Below are positions 1 to 12,551 of a DNA stretch of 64,000 bases, in pieces. Made by a program: the position numbers and the translations under genes. The notes beneath the pieces are model-generated. The model was not told where the DNA came from and ran no database searches. It saw nothing but the letters and a program-made list of their open reading frames with translations. The stretch is from Alphaproteobacteria bacterium (GTDB lineage Bacteria; Pseudomonadota; Alphaproteobacteria; UBA7887). The stretch lies in contig CBDCGL010000011.1 of assembly GCA_965216755.1 (NCBI GenBank), positions 3,296,001-3,360,000 on the forward strand. The letters are read 5' to 3'. Numbering within the stretch: position 1 is the first letter of the stretch; each line of letters starts with the position of its first letter.

Positions 1-1772
<1,772 letters not shown>

Positions 1773-1776
<4 letters not shown>

Positions 1777-2618
1777 GCCGGCACGGGGTTTGCCGTTCGA
1801 AACTTGGCTTTGTCGGCGGCATAGGCGCGGCACGCGGCACCAAAGGCGCGAAACAGCGTGCGTGACGCTGGGTCTTCGGCGAATTGCCATTCCGGATGCC
1901 ACTGCACGCCAATCGCGAACGCCGGCGCGTCGACAACCCGCACCGCTTCGATCTGGCCGTCATGGGCGGTGGCCTCAACGACCAGCCCATCGGCGAGACG
2001 ATCGATGCCTTGGCTGTGCAGCGAATTGACGGTCAAGGTTGTGCAGCCGAACAAAGTTGCCAAGGCGCCGCCCGCGACCAAATCGACGGCATGGGCGGGA
2101 CCATACATGATGTCCAGTGGCTCGCCCTTGGGCTCGCGATGATCGTCGCGGCCAGGCTGTTCGTGGACCTCTTGGTGCAACGTGCCGCCAAGGGCGACGT
2201 TCAATTCCTGGATGCCGCGGCAAACCGCCAATAGAGGCATGCCGGCGCCGAGCGCCGCGCGGATAAGCGGCAGGGTCGTTGAATCGCGCGCATGGTCGTG
2301 CAGCGTGCCGTCTTTGCTCGCCGGACCACCATAGTGATCGGGCCAAACATTGGATGGACTGCCGCTCAGGAACAAGCCGTCCAACGATGCCACCAGCGAG
2401 GGTTCGTCATGGCGTGGTCCCAAGGGCGGAATCAACAACGGTGTGGTATCGGCGCCGTCGGCCACCGCGTCGACATATTTTTCGCCGACCGCATAAAACG
2501 GGTGCGGGTCGAAGAATTTTGAGCACGCGGGAATGCCGACCACGGGGCGCCGTTCGGACGGGTGGTGGTCGGAGGTAGCGGCGCGGGGCGCGCTGTGCGG
2601 TCGGTTCGACATGGCCAA
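1773..2618 (-). CDS. puuD: Gamma-glutamyl-gamma-aminobutyrate hydrolase (peptidase C26)
   Basis: Motifs LDGLFLSGSPSNV, VCRGIQELNVALGGTL, VNSLHSQG and GVQWHPEW (class I glutamine amidotransferase triad). Confidence 0.88.
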
Positions 2619-2734
2619 AACCGTAGCCTAACGGTTTGCGATATCTAGACTATAGAACATGTGGTGGCCGCCGCCCACGGCCCACGATTTGCCGATCCTG
2701 GCGACGGCTGGCGCACAACACACGAGCGCATTGA

Positions 2735-3400
2735 TTAGTGGCCGGTCTGATAGGTTCCCAAACGAAAGTCCGCTTTTTGGCGGTCATTGTGGGTGAACCG
2801 AAACAAGCGCCGGTCCAACTCGGGGCCGACCTCGACATCGTGAAGCGTCACGGTCGTGCGCTTGCCCTGCGCGTCAAGCACCTGCCATTGGCGCAGACGC
2901 ATCGGATCTTCCTCGAACAACATGGTCACGGTGCCGTCGCCCGGGCTGGATGCATCCGCCAACTCGATGGTCAATAAGCCGTTGGCGCGCTCGACCTTCA
3001 ACACCGAGACGTCATCGCCCAGCTCCGCATCCTCCGACAGCAGGAAACGAAACGGGCCGCGGCCCAGCGGTAGATGCGAGACCTGGTCAAGTTCGGCGTC
3101 GTAATAGATCAACCATGTGCCGTCGGCGACCAGCAAAACGTCAACCGGCGGCGCATATTCAAAACGCGCGCGGCCTGGCCGCGACAGCCATAACGTGCCT
3201 TCGGCCAGTGCGCCGTTGGCGCCGATTTGCACAAATGTCGCGCGCAAAGTCGAAATGCCGTCGATATAAGTTTCAACAGCGGCTATGGCGTCGGCGTCGG
3301 GATGGTTCCAGCCTTCCCGGGCGGCTTCAGACGGCCAAGCCAGGCCAGCCAGCATCAAAACCGCGGTCAGCGCCGCAAAAGGTGCGAAAAAGTTCTTCAT
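2735..3400 (-). CDS. lolA: Outer-membrane lipoprotein carrier protein LolA
   Basis: Signal peptide, F-x-Q and RPGRARFEY motifs; directly downstream of ftsK. Confidence 0.9.
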   Translation of the reverse strand: MKNFFAPFAALTAVLMLAGLAWPSEAAREGWNHPDADAIAAVETYIDGISTLRATFVQIGANGALAEGTLWLSRPGRARFEYAPPVDVLLVADGTWLIYYDAELDQVSHLPLGRGPFRFLLSEDAELGDDVSVLKVERANGLLTIELADASSPGDGTVTMLFEEDPMRLRQWQVLDAQGKRTTVTLHDVEVGPELDRRLFRFTHNDRQKADFRLGTYQTGH

Positions 3401-3475
3401 GGCATAGCCTTATTTGGTTGCGTCCGCGAAGCCCCACAAGGGCGGCCAACGCGGCTTGTACAAACGATTATTTGA

Positions 3476-5836
3476 TCAATAGCGATCGCCCGGTTCTGGC
3501 ACCAGCACCTCGCGCTTGCCGACGTGATTGGCTTTGCTGACCACGCCTTCGGCCTCCATTTGCTCGATGATGCGGGCGGCGCGATTATAGCCAATCTGCA
3601 AATGGCGCTGAATAAAGCTGGTCGAGGCCTTGCGTTCGCGCGAGATCAGGTCCAGTGCGCGGTCATAAAGGGCGTCGCCAGACCTGGCGGCGCCGGATCC
3701 GGCCTCCTCGGCCAGCTCGTCGGCGTCGTCGGTAACGGCATCCAGGTAATCCGGCTCGCCTTGGCCGCGTAGGAACGAGGCAACCTCTTCGACCTCATCC
3801 TCGCTGACAAACGGTCCGTGGACCCGCGTCACCTGACCGCCGCCGGCCATGAACAGCATGTCGCCCATGCCGAGCAATTGCTCGGCCCCCTGTTCACCCA
3901 AAATGGTCCGGCTATCGATCTTCGAGGTCACTTGGAAGCTGATCCGAGTCGGCAGATTGGCTTTGATCGTGCCCGTGATCACGTCGACCGATGGCCGTTG
4001 GGTAGCGATAATCAGGTGGATGCCGGCCGCGCGCGCTTTTTGCGCCAAGCTCTGGACCGCGACCTCGATGTCTTTGCCCGCGACCAACATCAGGTCGGCC
4101 ATTTCATCGACGACCACGACCAATTGTGGGATTGGCACCATATCGATGGGCTGATCTTCATAAACAGGTTTACCGGTCTCGCCATCAAAGCCGGTTTGCA
4201 CCGTGCGCGTCAGCGTTTCGTTGCGCGCGATCGCTTGTGCCAGGCGTTTGTTATAGCCGGCGATATTCCGCACGTTCAGGTTCGACATCAGGCGGTAACG
4301 GCGGTTCATTTCCTTGACCGCCCATTTCAACGCCACCACGGCCTTGTTCGGATCAGTGACCACCGGATGCAACAAATGCGGGATCCCGTCATACACCGAC
4401 AACTCCAGCATTTTCGGATCGATCATGATGAATTTGCAGGCATCCGGCCGCAATCGGTAGACCAACGACAGAATCATGCTGTTGATCGCGACGGATTTGC
4501 CCGACCCTGTCGTGCCGGCAACCAACAGATGCGGCATACGGGCCAGGTCGGCGACCACCGGCGCACCACTGATGTCCTTGCCTAACGCCAACGGCAGCAC
4601 GGTGCTCGGCCGATCATATTCGTCGCTGAGCAACAGTTCGCGCAGAAACACGGTGTCACGGTTGACATTGGGCAACTCGATGCCGATGACATTCTTGCCC
4701 GGTACCACGGCGACACGGGCCGAGATGGCGCTCATCGAACGGGCGATATCGTCGGCCAAGGCGATAACCCGCGACGATCGGGTGCCCGGCGCCGGCTCCA
4801 ACTCGTATCGCGTCACCACGGGACCGTTGCGCACGCCGGCGATCTGTCCGCGTACGCCGAAGTCATCCAAAACGGTCTCCAGGGCCCGCGCGTTTTGTTC
4901 CAAACCGCGTTGATCGACGGAGTCATAGGACGGGTCGTGTGGCGTCGCCAGCAGGTCGACTGGCGGCAATTGGGCATCGTCGGTGCGGCGCGACCGGCGG
5001 CGGTCCTGACGTGGCCGTGGTTTGTGCGCCGTCTCTTTGGCCGCGACCGCCACGCGCGGCGTGGGGGCGGGTGCCGCGACCTCAACGGGTGTCGACTGAC
5101 GCGCGATTGCGTTCGATCGTTCGCGGATGCTCGGTTCGCGCGTCCTCAATGGTGGGGCGTCATTGCCATCACCGAGAATGAACGTGCGCGTGGTCCACCG
5201 CAACGCAACACGAATCCCGACGGCGGCGCGATGGGCACCCCGCACCAGCGCGACGGCAACCGCCCGCCAGTCTTGCCAGGGAACACCAATCGCCAGCGGT
5301 GCGCACAGTGCCGTCAGCAGTGCCGCGGCAACAACTACCGGCCAAAAAGGCAGCATGACGGCGGCGCTTGTCGCCGCACCGTAGTGGGCGAGTACCGCGC
5401 CGATAACACCACCCGGGCCGATATCACCAGCGCGCTGTGCGGCCGGCGCGACCGCACTCAGCACCAGGCTGCCGCAATGCATGGTGATCAGCGCCGCACC
5501 GAACCGAATCGCCAGCCGTTCCAAGACATGATAGCGGGCCAGGCGCCAACCCCAGCCCGCCAAGACCATCGGAACAAAAAATGCGAACCAGCCATAAAGC
5601 CACAGACGCGCGGCAAATATGGCGCCAAATCCGCCCAGCCAATTTTGCGGCGCGGCGCCGGTGGCGCTGTTAAACGAACGGTCGGACGGCGCATAACTGA
5701 TCACGGTCGCCAGGCCCAACACCGCCGCGACAATCAAGACGGTGCCAAGGATCTCACGCATACGCCGACGAATAAAGTCGAAGGCTGCCGATGAAATCAG
5801 CCCGGCATTGCGTGTGCTGGCGGAACTTGTTGCCAT
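3476..5836 (-). CDS. ftsK: DNA translocase FtsK
   Basis: N-terminal TM segments, [14 protein letters not shown] Walker [22 protein letters not shown]-terminal gamma domain ([14 protein letters not shown]). Confidence 0.97.
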   Translation of the reverse strand: MATSSASTRNAGLISSAAFDFIRRRMREILGTVLIVAAVLGLATVISYAPSDRSFNSATGAAPQNWLGGFGAIFAARLWLYGWFAFFVPMVLAGWGWRLARYHVLERLAIRFGAALITMHCGSLVLSAVAPAAQRAGDIGPGGVIGAVLAHYGAATSAAVMLPFWPVVVAAALLTALCAPLAIGVPWQDWRAVAVALVRGAHRAAVGIRVALRWTTRTFILGDGNDAPPLRTREPSIRERSNAIARQSTPVEVAAPAPTPRVAVAAKETAHKPRPRQDRRRSRRTDDAQLPPVDLLATPHDPSYDSVDQRGLEQNARALETVLDDFGVRGQIAGVRNGPVVTRYELEPAPGTRSSRVIALADDIARSMSAISARVAVVPGKNVIGIELPNVNRDTVFLRELLLSDEYDRPSTVLPLALGKDISGAPVVADLARMPHLLVAGTTGSGKSVAINSMILSLVYRLRPDACKFIMIDPKMLELSVYDGIPHLLHPVVTDPNKAVVALKWAVKEMNRRYRLMSNLNVRNIAGYNKRLAQAIARNETLTRTVQTGFDGETGKPVYEDQPIDMVPIPQLVVVVDEMADLMLVAGKDIEVAVQSLAQKARAAGIHLIIATQRPSVDVITGTIKANLPTRISFQVTSKIDSRTILGEQGAEQLLGMGDMLFMAGGGQVTRVHGPFVSEDEVEEVASFLRGQGEPDYLDAVTDDADELAEEAGSGAARSGDALYDRALDLISRERKASTSFIQRHLQIGYNRAARIIEQMEAEGVVSKANHVGKREVLVPEPGDRY

Positions 5837-5891
5837 AAGACCGTTGTCTCCCGACTTATATGTTTGCTGCGTTCCCCAGGATGGCCACCAT

Positions 5892-7076
5892 TTATAGGAG
5901 ATCGGTCATTCGGCCAAGTGCGTCCAGTGTTTGGTCGCGATTATGCACCATCGCGGCGCGAATATAGGCCTGGCCCGGTGCGTCTTGACCGGCGCGACTC
6001 AGATAGGCCCCCGGCATGACCTTGACCCCGGCCCGCGCCCACAATTTGCGCGCCGCCGCTTCGCCGTCGCCGACATCCAACCACAAATAGAAGCCGCCCC
6101 CCGGCCGATAAAATCCGAATCGATTGCCCAATATCCGTGCTGCGTCGTCGAATTTTTCGCGATACAGGTTCCGATTCGCTTCGACATGGTGCTCGTCGCG
6201 CCACAATGCGATTGCGGTCGCCAACACCGGCAGTGGGGTCACACCGCCGGTGTATCCGCGCAACCGGGCGAACGGGCCGATCAAGCCGGCGCCGCCAACG
6301 ACAAAGCCAGACCGCAGGCCGGGCACGTTGGAGCGTTTGGACAGGGAATGAAAGGCGATCACATGGTCCATTTCAGGGTCATGTGTGACGCACCCCTCCA
6401 GCACGCCCGTCGGCGGCGTGTCGCAATAGATCTCGGAATAGCATTCGTCGGCCGCGACGACAAAGTCGGCGTCACGGGCGAGGCGCAACAACTCGGTCCA
6501 ATAGCGGCGGTCCGCGACGGCGCCTTGCGGGTTCGACGGACTGCAAACATAAGCCAGCGCGGTGCGGTCGATGATGTCTGTCGGCAAAGCACTGAAGTCG
6601 GGCAGAAACCCGGTCGCCGCATTGGTCGGCAAGAACACCGGTTCGGCGCCGGCCATGATCGCGGCGCCGGCATAGACTTGGTAAAACGGGTCGGGAATCA
6701 GCACCACCGGTCGCCGGCCATTTTTGGCTGTTGGCACAGCCGCCAGCGCGACCGTGAACAACGCTTCGCGGGTACCGGCAACCGGCAGCGTGTGCGCGTC
6801 GGGTGAGATCATGTCCGTTGGCAGCTGATAGCGCCGGGCCAGCCAATCGGCGACAGTGCGGCGAAATTCCGGGGTGCCCGGTGTCGGCGGATATTTGCCC
6901 CACAGGGCGGCCTGCTCCGCCAATATCTTGGGTACGAATTCCGGGCACGCATGCTGGGGCTCGCCGATCGACATGATCAACGGCCGCACGTCGGCAGGCG
7001 GTGTCAAATCGCGCAGCAGCGTTGCCAGCCGCTCGAACGGATAGTCTTTAAGTTGCGACAAGCGGTCATTGATCAT
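5892..7076 (-). CDS. Class I/II PLP aminotransferase (succinyldiaminopimelate aminotransferase-like)
   Basis: Motifs [46 protein letters not shown]. Start taken at MINDRL. Confidence 0.88.
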   Translation of the reverse strand: MINDRLSQLKDYPFERLATLLRDLTPPADVRPLIMSIGEPQHACPEFVPKILAEQAALWGKYPPTPGTPEFRRTVADWLARRYQLPTDMISPDAHTLPVAGTREALFTVALAAVPTAKNGRRPVVLIPDPFYQVYAGAAIMAGAEPVFLPTNAATGFLPDFSALPTDIIDRTALAYVCSPSNPQGAVADRRYWTELLRLARDADFVVAADECYSEIYCDTPPTGVLEGCVTHDPEMDHVIAFHSLSKRSNVPGLRSGFVVGGAGLIGPFARLRGYTGGVTPLPVLATAIALWRDEHHVEANRNLYREKFDDAARILGNRFGFYRPGGGFYLWLDVGDGEAAARKLWARAGVKVMPGAYLSRAGQDAPGQAYIRAAMVHNRDQTLDALGRMTDLL

Positions 7077-7170
7077 GACCGTGTCCCACAATTATTCCGC
7101 AAGAAAAGACCGATCGTTAGGGGAACATGCTTAGATCGGCTTGCAAGATAACACGGGCACCGGCCGCGAC

Positions 7171-7205
7171 GCAAAACAGCCGACCACAAGGGGCCGGCTG
7201 TTTGC
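7171..7205 (-). terminator. Probable intrinsic terminator after amt
   Basis: On the minus strand, a CAGCCGGCC / GGTCGGCTG stem (one G-U pair) followed by TTTT, about 30 nt after the amt stop. Confidence 0.55.
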
Positions 7206-7232
7206 AAAAAAAGGCCTCCAGAAACGGCGCAA

Positions 7233-8537
7233 CTACAATTCGTAGCCCTTTTCACCATGGGTGGCGATGTCGAGCCCCTCGGTTTCGTGATCGCGATCGA
7301 CACGCAAGCCACCCAGCGCGGCGCTGATGATTTTCAGCAGGATATAGCTGACAATCGCGGTCCACGCGACCGTTGCCACGACGCCGATCAGCTGCTTCAC
7401 GAACTGTTCGCCCATGGAAACCTCGGAATGCCCCATGCCGCCAAACGCGGTGGCGCCAAGTATCGCGGTCAGCAGGGTACCGGTGACGCCACCGAAACCG
7501 TGCACTGCCAGAACATCCAGCGAGTCGTCGATGCCAAGCCGCATTTTGACGAAGCCGACGCCGTTGTAACAAAGGAAGCCAGCCACGACGCCGATGATCA
7601 AGGCGCCGACCGGGCCGACGAAACCAGACGCCGGGGTGATGGTCGCCAAGCCGGCGATGGCACCTGTGGCGATGCCCACCAAAGTGGGTTTGTTGTGCTT
7701 GACCCATTCGATCAGCATCCAAACGAATGCGGCGGTCGCGGCGGAAATATGGGTCACGACCATGGCCATACCGGCATCACCATTGGCGGCCAAAGCACTA
7801 CCGGCGTTGAAGCCATACCAACCGACCCATAGCATCGCCGCGCCGACCATCACCAAAACGGCGCTGTGCGGTGGGTGGACTTCACGCGGAAAGCCCTTGC
7901 GGGGTCCCAACACGATCGCCGCGACCATCGCCGCAACACCACAGGTGGCGTGAACCACCAAACCGCCGGCGAAGTCTTGAACGCCCAAGTCAGCCAGCCA
8001 TCCGCCACCCCACACCCAGTGTGCGACCGGGATATAGACCAGCAGCAACCATAGGCCGGAAAACAGCATGACCGCGCTAAATTTGATGCGCTCCACATAG
8101 GCGCCGACAATCAATGCCGGGGTAATGACGGCAAAAGTCATTTGGAACATGAAAAATACGGTTTCAGGTATGTCACCCGAAAGCGAGTCGGTGCCGACAC
8201 CGACCAGAAATGCTTGGCTGAGGCCACCGATCACCGCGTTTGCCGCCATGCCGTCGCTAAACGCCAGGCTGTAGCCGCAAATCAGCCACAGGATCGAAGC
8301 CAGGCAGCAGATCGCGAAGCAGTGCATAAGCACCGAAATGACGCACTGCACCCGCACCAAGCCGCCGTAAAACAGAGCCAAGCCGGGCATGGTCATGAAC
8401 AAGACCAAGGCGGTTGCGGTCAGGATCCACGCGGTGTTGCCGCTGTTCAAGGCGGCATCTTGTGCCCAGGCCGCACTGGGTAGCAGCACAACCATTAAGG
8501 CAACGATGTACGCTGTCATTCGAGGCATCGTTTTCAT
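7233..8537 (-). CDS. amtB: Ammonium transporter
   Basis: Motifs FQMTFAVITPALIVGA, DFAGGLVVH, LWVGWYGFNAGS, IDDSLDVLAVHG, GLDIATHGEKGY. Confidence 0.97.
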   Translation of the reverse strand: MKTMPRMTAYIVALMVVLLPSAAWAQDAALNSGNTAWILTATALVLFMTMPGLALFYGGLVRVQCVISVLMHCFAICCLASILWLICGYSLAFSDGMAANAVIGGLSQAFLVGVGTDSLSGDIPETVFFMFQMTFAVITPALIVGAYVERIKFSAVMLFSGLWLLLVYIPVAHWVWGGGWLADLGVQDFAGGLVVHATCGVAAMVAAIVLGPRKGFPREVHPPHSAVLVMVGAAMLWVGWYGFNAGSALAANGDAGMAMVVTHISAATAAFVWMLIEWVKHNKPTLVGIATGAIAGLATITPASGFVGPVGALIIGVVAGFLCYNGVGFVKMRLGIDDSLDVLAVHGFGGVTGTLLTAILGATAFGGMGHSEVSMGEQFVKQLIGVVATVAWTAIVSYILLKIISAALGGLRVDRDHETEGLDIATHGEKGYEL

Positions 8538-8629
8538 CTTTTCCCCCGCATTACGCGATTGATAATTGTCCAGTCCAATTCGCTAGTTAGCATATTATCT
8601 TCATGCAACAGGGCATCGCGCGATCGCAG

Positions 8630-8651
8630 ATCAACTGCATTTGCAGTTGAT
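8630..8651. promoter_or_regulatory. Perfect 10-bp inverted repeat upstream of amt, possible operator
   Basis: ATCAACTGCA-TT-TGCAGTTGAT, about 95 bp upstream of the amt start. Confidence 0.4.
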
Positions 8652-8813
8652 GTTTGGGTCGCTTTTACGATGCCCGTCAAAGTGTGTCGCGCAACGCCAA
8701 ACCGGCCGGGGCCCGGACGATGACGGACGCGACGTGCCGAACGATTAGGTTGGCAGGGCTCATGCGGCCTCCACTACAAGCGCCGCGAGCCCTGGCCCAA
8801 TTCGGGACGGGCA

Positions 8814-8996
8814 TCAAAGTCCAGTTCGGCTTGATCCGACCCGGATATGATCGAGGTTACCGTCCCGCCGGCGCCCGCGAACGGAGCGGCGGTCACACCG
8901 GTGTTGTGCGCCGAGCCCGGCGCCGCCGATGCAACGGCTATAGCCGGCGTCCGGCCGGGCGCTCGCGCGTCTGGCGCATCGCACAAAGTCTGTCAT
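8814..8996 (-). CDS. Possible 60-aa small protein or decayed gene (MTDFVRCARR...)
   Basis: Strong RBS (AGGAAAGGCAGGAGAG) a few nt before the ATG, downstream of a sigma54-like promoter. No recognisable family. Confidence 0.3.
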   Translation of the reverse strand: MTDFVRCARRASARPDAGYSRCIGGAGLGAQHRCDRRSVRGRRRDGNLDHIRVGSSRTGL

Positions 8997-9091
8997 ACGT
9001 TCTCTCCTGCCTTTCCTGATCAACCTCACCGCGTCGCCCGACCGGCCGGTCGGTTGTCGATAAGACCGTCGGATGTGTCGGCCAGGAGCCA

Positions 9092-9107
9092 CTCAAGAAC
9101 CGTGCCG
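9092..9107 (-). promoter_or_regulatory. Sigma54-like -24/-12 promoter
   Basis: Minus strand CGGCACG-GTTC-TTGAG versus consensus TGGCACG-N4-TTGC: correct GG-N10 spacing, with GA instead of GC at -12. Confidence 0.5.
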
Positions 9108-9180
9108 CAATGCGGAATTTGGAAAAATCGGAGGATTCGGCCAGAATCACCCGGCGTGCCGGGGCCTCGAGCCTAAGTCG

Positions 9181-9226
9181 TGCCTATTTATTGGGCAACG
9201 TACACAATGTGATCAAATTTTGATCA
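9181..9226. promoter_or_regulatory. Tandem NtrC-like enhancer boxes
   Basis: 17-bp dyads TGCCTATTTATTGGGCA (9181-9197) and TGATCAAATTTTGATCA (9210-9226), 29 bp apart and about 75-120 bp upstream of the sigma54-like site. Confidence 0.55.
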
Positions 9227-10570
9227 GGTGTATGCGGCCTCGATCGCCGCCGCGATCCGCAATATGCGGTGATCGGCGCCAAGTGGCGCCATGGCCATCA
9301 CGCCCGTTGGCGTCGCCGGATCCGGGCACGGCACGGTTGCCGCGCAGCAAGGCAAGACATTGCCCAACCGCGTGTTACGCAGCGCCAGCGCATTGGCAGG
9401 ACTGTATTTGTCGGGATCGTCGGCAACTGTGATGGGGGGCGGCAGGATCGGCGTTGTCGGCGCCAAGATCGCGTCATAGCCGGCCATGCGCGCATACAGG
9501 CTCTTGGTCAGGCGTGCCGCGGCCGCCGACACGGCGAGCGCGTCGGTCGCGCGCATATCGCGCCCCTGAAGGAATCGCGCCAAGACGTTGGGATCGATCC
9601 GATCGGGCTGCTGGTCGATGAAGTCGCGCCACACCGTGTAGCCTTCGGCGGTCACCGTGCCGCCGCGTTCATTCAAAATGTCGTCGATTTCCAGAAATTC
9701 CGGAACCGGACGCCAATCAACCGATGCGCCCGCGGCGGCCAGATGATCGATCGCCTGTCGAACTGAGTCTGCGACTTGTTTGTCGGCTTGGTCCCAGACC
9801 AAACTTTCGCAAGCCAGAAATCGGCGTCCGACCATTGACGCGGGCGCCAAAGGGACCGGCTTCCGCGCCGCCATGATGGCGAACAAGTGGGCGGCGTCGG
9901 CCACAGTGCGGGTCAGCGGGCCGACCGTGTCCAGGCTCGGTGACAACGGCAACACACCGTCGGTGGGCAAAACGCCGACCGAGGTCTTGAGTCCGACAAG
10001 TCGGTTCCATGCCGCCGGAATACGCACCGATCCGCCGGTATCCGAACCAATCCCGGCCGCGGCCAGGCCGCGCGCGGTACTCACAGCGGCGCCGCTCGAC
10101 GAACCTCCGGGCGCCCGCGGCACGTCGGTCATCACCGCGTTCGCCGGCGTACCGGTATGCGGATTGGTACCGATCCCGCCCAGCGCGAACTGCACGGTAT
10201 TGGTTTTGCCCAGGCAGATCAGGCCGGCGGCGCTGGCCCGTGCCAACACGGTGGCATCGTGGCTGGGGACGCGGCCGGCCAACAACGGGGTGCCCATCTC
10301 CGTCGCCACGCCGGCCGAGTCGTATATGTCTTTCCAAGAGAGCGGGACGCCATCCAGCGGACTGCGGCGCAAACCGGCGCGGGCACGCTCGCGCGCCGCG
10401 GCAGCTTCGGCGCGCGCCCGTTTCGGCGTCGTGCGCAGATAGACGACATGATCCGGATCTTCGCTGGCAATGCGGTCCAAGAACCGTTCGGTCAACGCGA
10501 CCGGATCCGCGGTACCTTTTTCGATCGCCGCGCCCAGGGCGCATGCACTTTTCATATCGTCCGATGCCAT
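9224..10570 (-). CDS. Amidase signature family protein
   Basis: Motifs PLDGVPLSWKD, PGGSSSG, GSDTGGSVRIPAA. Confidence 0.92.
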   Translation of the reverse strand: MASDDMKSACALGAAIEKGTADPVALTERFLDRIASEDPDHVVYLRTTPKRARAEAAAARERARAGLRRSPLDGVPLSWKDIYDSAGVATEMGTPLLAGRVPSHDATVLARASAAGLICLGKTNTVQFALGGIGTNPHTGTPANAVMTDVPRAPGGSSSGAAVSTARGLAAAGIGSDTGGSVRIPAAWNRLVGLKTSVGVLPTDGVLPLSPSLDTVGPLTRTVADAAHLFAIMAARKPVPLAPASMVGRRFLACESLVWDQADKQVADSVRQAIDHLAAAGASVDWRPVPEFLEIDDILNERGGTVTAEGYTVWRDFIDQQPDRIDPNVLARFLQGRDMRATDALAVSAAAARLTKSLYARMAGYDAILAPTTPILPPPITVADDPDKYSPANALALRNTRLGNVLPCCAATVPCPDPATPTGVMAMAPLGADHRILRIAAAIEAAYT

Positions 10571-10655
10571 GTTAATGCGCGCCTCCCGCCGGCAATGCTA
10601 CGGTAGCGACGCCTGTCCAGCAATCGCGCTTTCACATGGCGGAGACGCAGTTTCG

Positions 10656-11939
10656 ATGACTGAGCACGAATCATTCACGGATGTTGCAGTGGTTGGCGGC
10701 GGTGTGGTCGGCTTGTCGCTGGCGTTGTCGTTGGCACGCGGCGGGATACGGGTTGCGGTCATCGACCGCGCAGCGCCGGCACAGCAGCGCATGCCGGCGT
10801 TTGATGGCAGGGTCCTGGCGATCGCACAAGGCTCGGCGCGGATTCTCAAGGCGCTCGGCGCCTGGTGGCGGCTGGCCGACGACGCGCAACCGATCTTCGA
10901 CATTCGGGTCACCGATGGCGATTCGCCGCTGCACCTCCATTACGACCACGCCGATCTCGGCAGCGATCCGCTGGGCTATATCGTCGAAATCCGCCATTTG
11001 CGTCGCGCCTTGCAAGAAGCGGCTGCGCAATCCCAGATCGATTGGCGGGCCCCGGCGAACATTGCCACGATCAGCCGCGACGCCGCGGTGGCAACGATCT
11101 CGTTCGACGATGGCTCTTGGTTGCGGGCGGCGTTGATTGTCGCGGCCGATGGTCGCGGTTCCGCGACGCGGCGTGACGCCGGTATCGGCGTTATCACGTT
11201 GCCTTACCGCCAGACCGCCCTGGTCTGCACGGTCGCCCACGAACGGCCACATCAGGGCATTGCGCATGAGCGCTTTTTGAACGCCGGCCCGTTTGCGATT
11301 CTGCCGATGACCGGGCGACGGTCATCCCTTGTGTGGACCGAGCGCGCCGATTTGGCGCCGGCGATAGCCGCGCTGGAAAGCGATGCCTTTCTGGCGGAAC
11401 TGCGATTACGGTTCGGCGATTTCTTGGGCAGGGTTAAAGTGACCGGTCCGCGTTGGTCTTATCCGTTGGAACTCTCGTACGCCAAACGCACGTCCGACCA
11501 GCGCTTGGTACTGATCGGCGATGCCGCCCATGGGATTCATCCGATCGCCGGACAAGGTTTCAATCTGGGCCTACGGGATGCCGCCATCCTGTCAGAGATG
11601 GTGATTGATGCCGCGCGGCTTGGCGAAGATTTGGGCGCCGCCTCGCTGTTGCGCCGGTATGCACGTCGGCGCATACCAGACCGAATTTCGATGGGCGTTG
11701 TCACGGATGGATTGAACCGGCTGTTTTCGAATGATCTAGCACCGCTTCGCTTCATACGCGATCTTGGACTGGCGGCCGTTGACCAACTGCCGCCGCTGAA
11801 ACGCGTGTTTATGCAGCATGCCATGGGGTTAATGGGCGATGTGCCGCGCGCGGCGCGAACCGCGCGGATTGCCTCTCGGGGCCGATCAACGCGTTACGGG
11901 TCGCGGCTTAGACCCTCACGCGCCAGCGCCTCGAAATAA
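10656..11939 (+). CDS. UbiH/UbiL-family FAD-dependent ubiquinone biosynthesis hydroxylase
   Basis: Motifs VVGGGVVG, AADGRGS, GPFAILP, GDAAHGIHPIAGQGFNLG, TDGLNRLFSND. Start MTEHE has a GGAG RBS. Confidence 0.9.
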   Translation: MTEHESFTDVAVVGGGVVGLSLALSLARGGIRVAVIDRAAPAQQRMPAFDGRVLAIAQGSARILKALGAWWRLADDAQPIFDIRVTDGDSPLHLHYDHADLGSDPLGYIVEIRHLRRALQEAAAQSQIDWRAPANIATISRDAAVATISFDDGSWLRAALIVAADGRGSATRRDAGIGVITLPYRQTALVCTVAHERPHQGIAHERFLNAGPFAILPMTGRRSSLVWTERADLAPAIAALESDAFLAELRLRFGDFLGRVKVTGPRWSYPLELSYAKRTSDQRLVLIGDAAHGIHPIAGQGFNLGLRDAAILSEMVIDAARLGEDLGAASLLRRYARRRIPDRISMGVVTDGLNRLFSNDLAPLRFIRDLGLAAVDQLPPLKRVFMQHAMGLMGDVPRAARTARIASRGRSTRYGSRLRPSRASASK

Positions 11940-12277
11940 GCCTGCCACAGGCTGTCCTGATTCTCGCCCAAATGGCGCAGGTAACCCCAGCTGAAGATGC
12001 CGGTATCGTGGAGATCATCGAAATTGATTCGGATTGCATAGTTGCCGACCGGTTCGATGGTCATGATCCCGACGTGGCGTCGGCCCGCGATAATCCGTTT
12101 TTGATCACGGCCATGGCCCTGTACCTCGGCTGACGGGCTTTCAACACGCAGCAACTCTGCCGGCAGCTGAAAGCTGCGGCCATCGTTGAAATCGATCTCC
12201 AACATCTTTTCCGCCGATTTGAGCCGGATTTCGGTCGGCCAATGCGCACTTTCCGGCCCATGCGGCCCGGCGGTCAT
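11894..12277 (-). CDS. DUF971 domain protein
   Basis: Motifs [36 protein letters not shown]. Confidence 0.9.
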   Translation of the reverse strand: MTAGPHGPESAHWPTEIRLKSAEKMLEIDFNDGRSFQLPAELLRVESPSAEVQGHGRDQKRIIAGRRHVGIMTIEPVGNYAIRINFDDLHDTGIFSWGYLRHLGENQDSLWQAYFEALAREGLSRDP

Positions 12278-12510
12278 GAGTCCCCGGCCGCGCCGCCGTC
12301 GCTTGGCTCGTCTAAGCGGCGCGCTTCTTCCGGCAGCATAATCGGGATGCCATCCCGGATCGGATAGGCGAGGCCGGCTTGTTCGCTGATCAGCTCCTGC
12401 GCTTTGGCGTCATAGCGCAAGGGGCCATGACACACTGGGCACACCAAGATCTCCAGCAGCTTCGGGTCGACCGCCGGCGTGGATTGCGGCTCTTGCGGGG
12501 CATCGGTCAT
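12274..12510 (-). CDS. Trm112/YcaR family protein
   Basis: Motifs [10 protein letters not shown]...[12 protein letters not shown]. Confidence 0.92.
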   Translation of the reverse strand: MTDAPQEPQSTPAVDPKLLEILVCPVCHGPLRYDAKAQELISEQAGLAYPIRDGIPIMLPEEARRLDEPSDGGAAGDS

Positions 12511-12551
12511 CGCGCGGTTCTCAATTGCGGGTTACCGTGGCTTTGGCCGCA

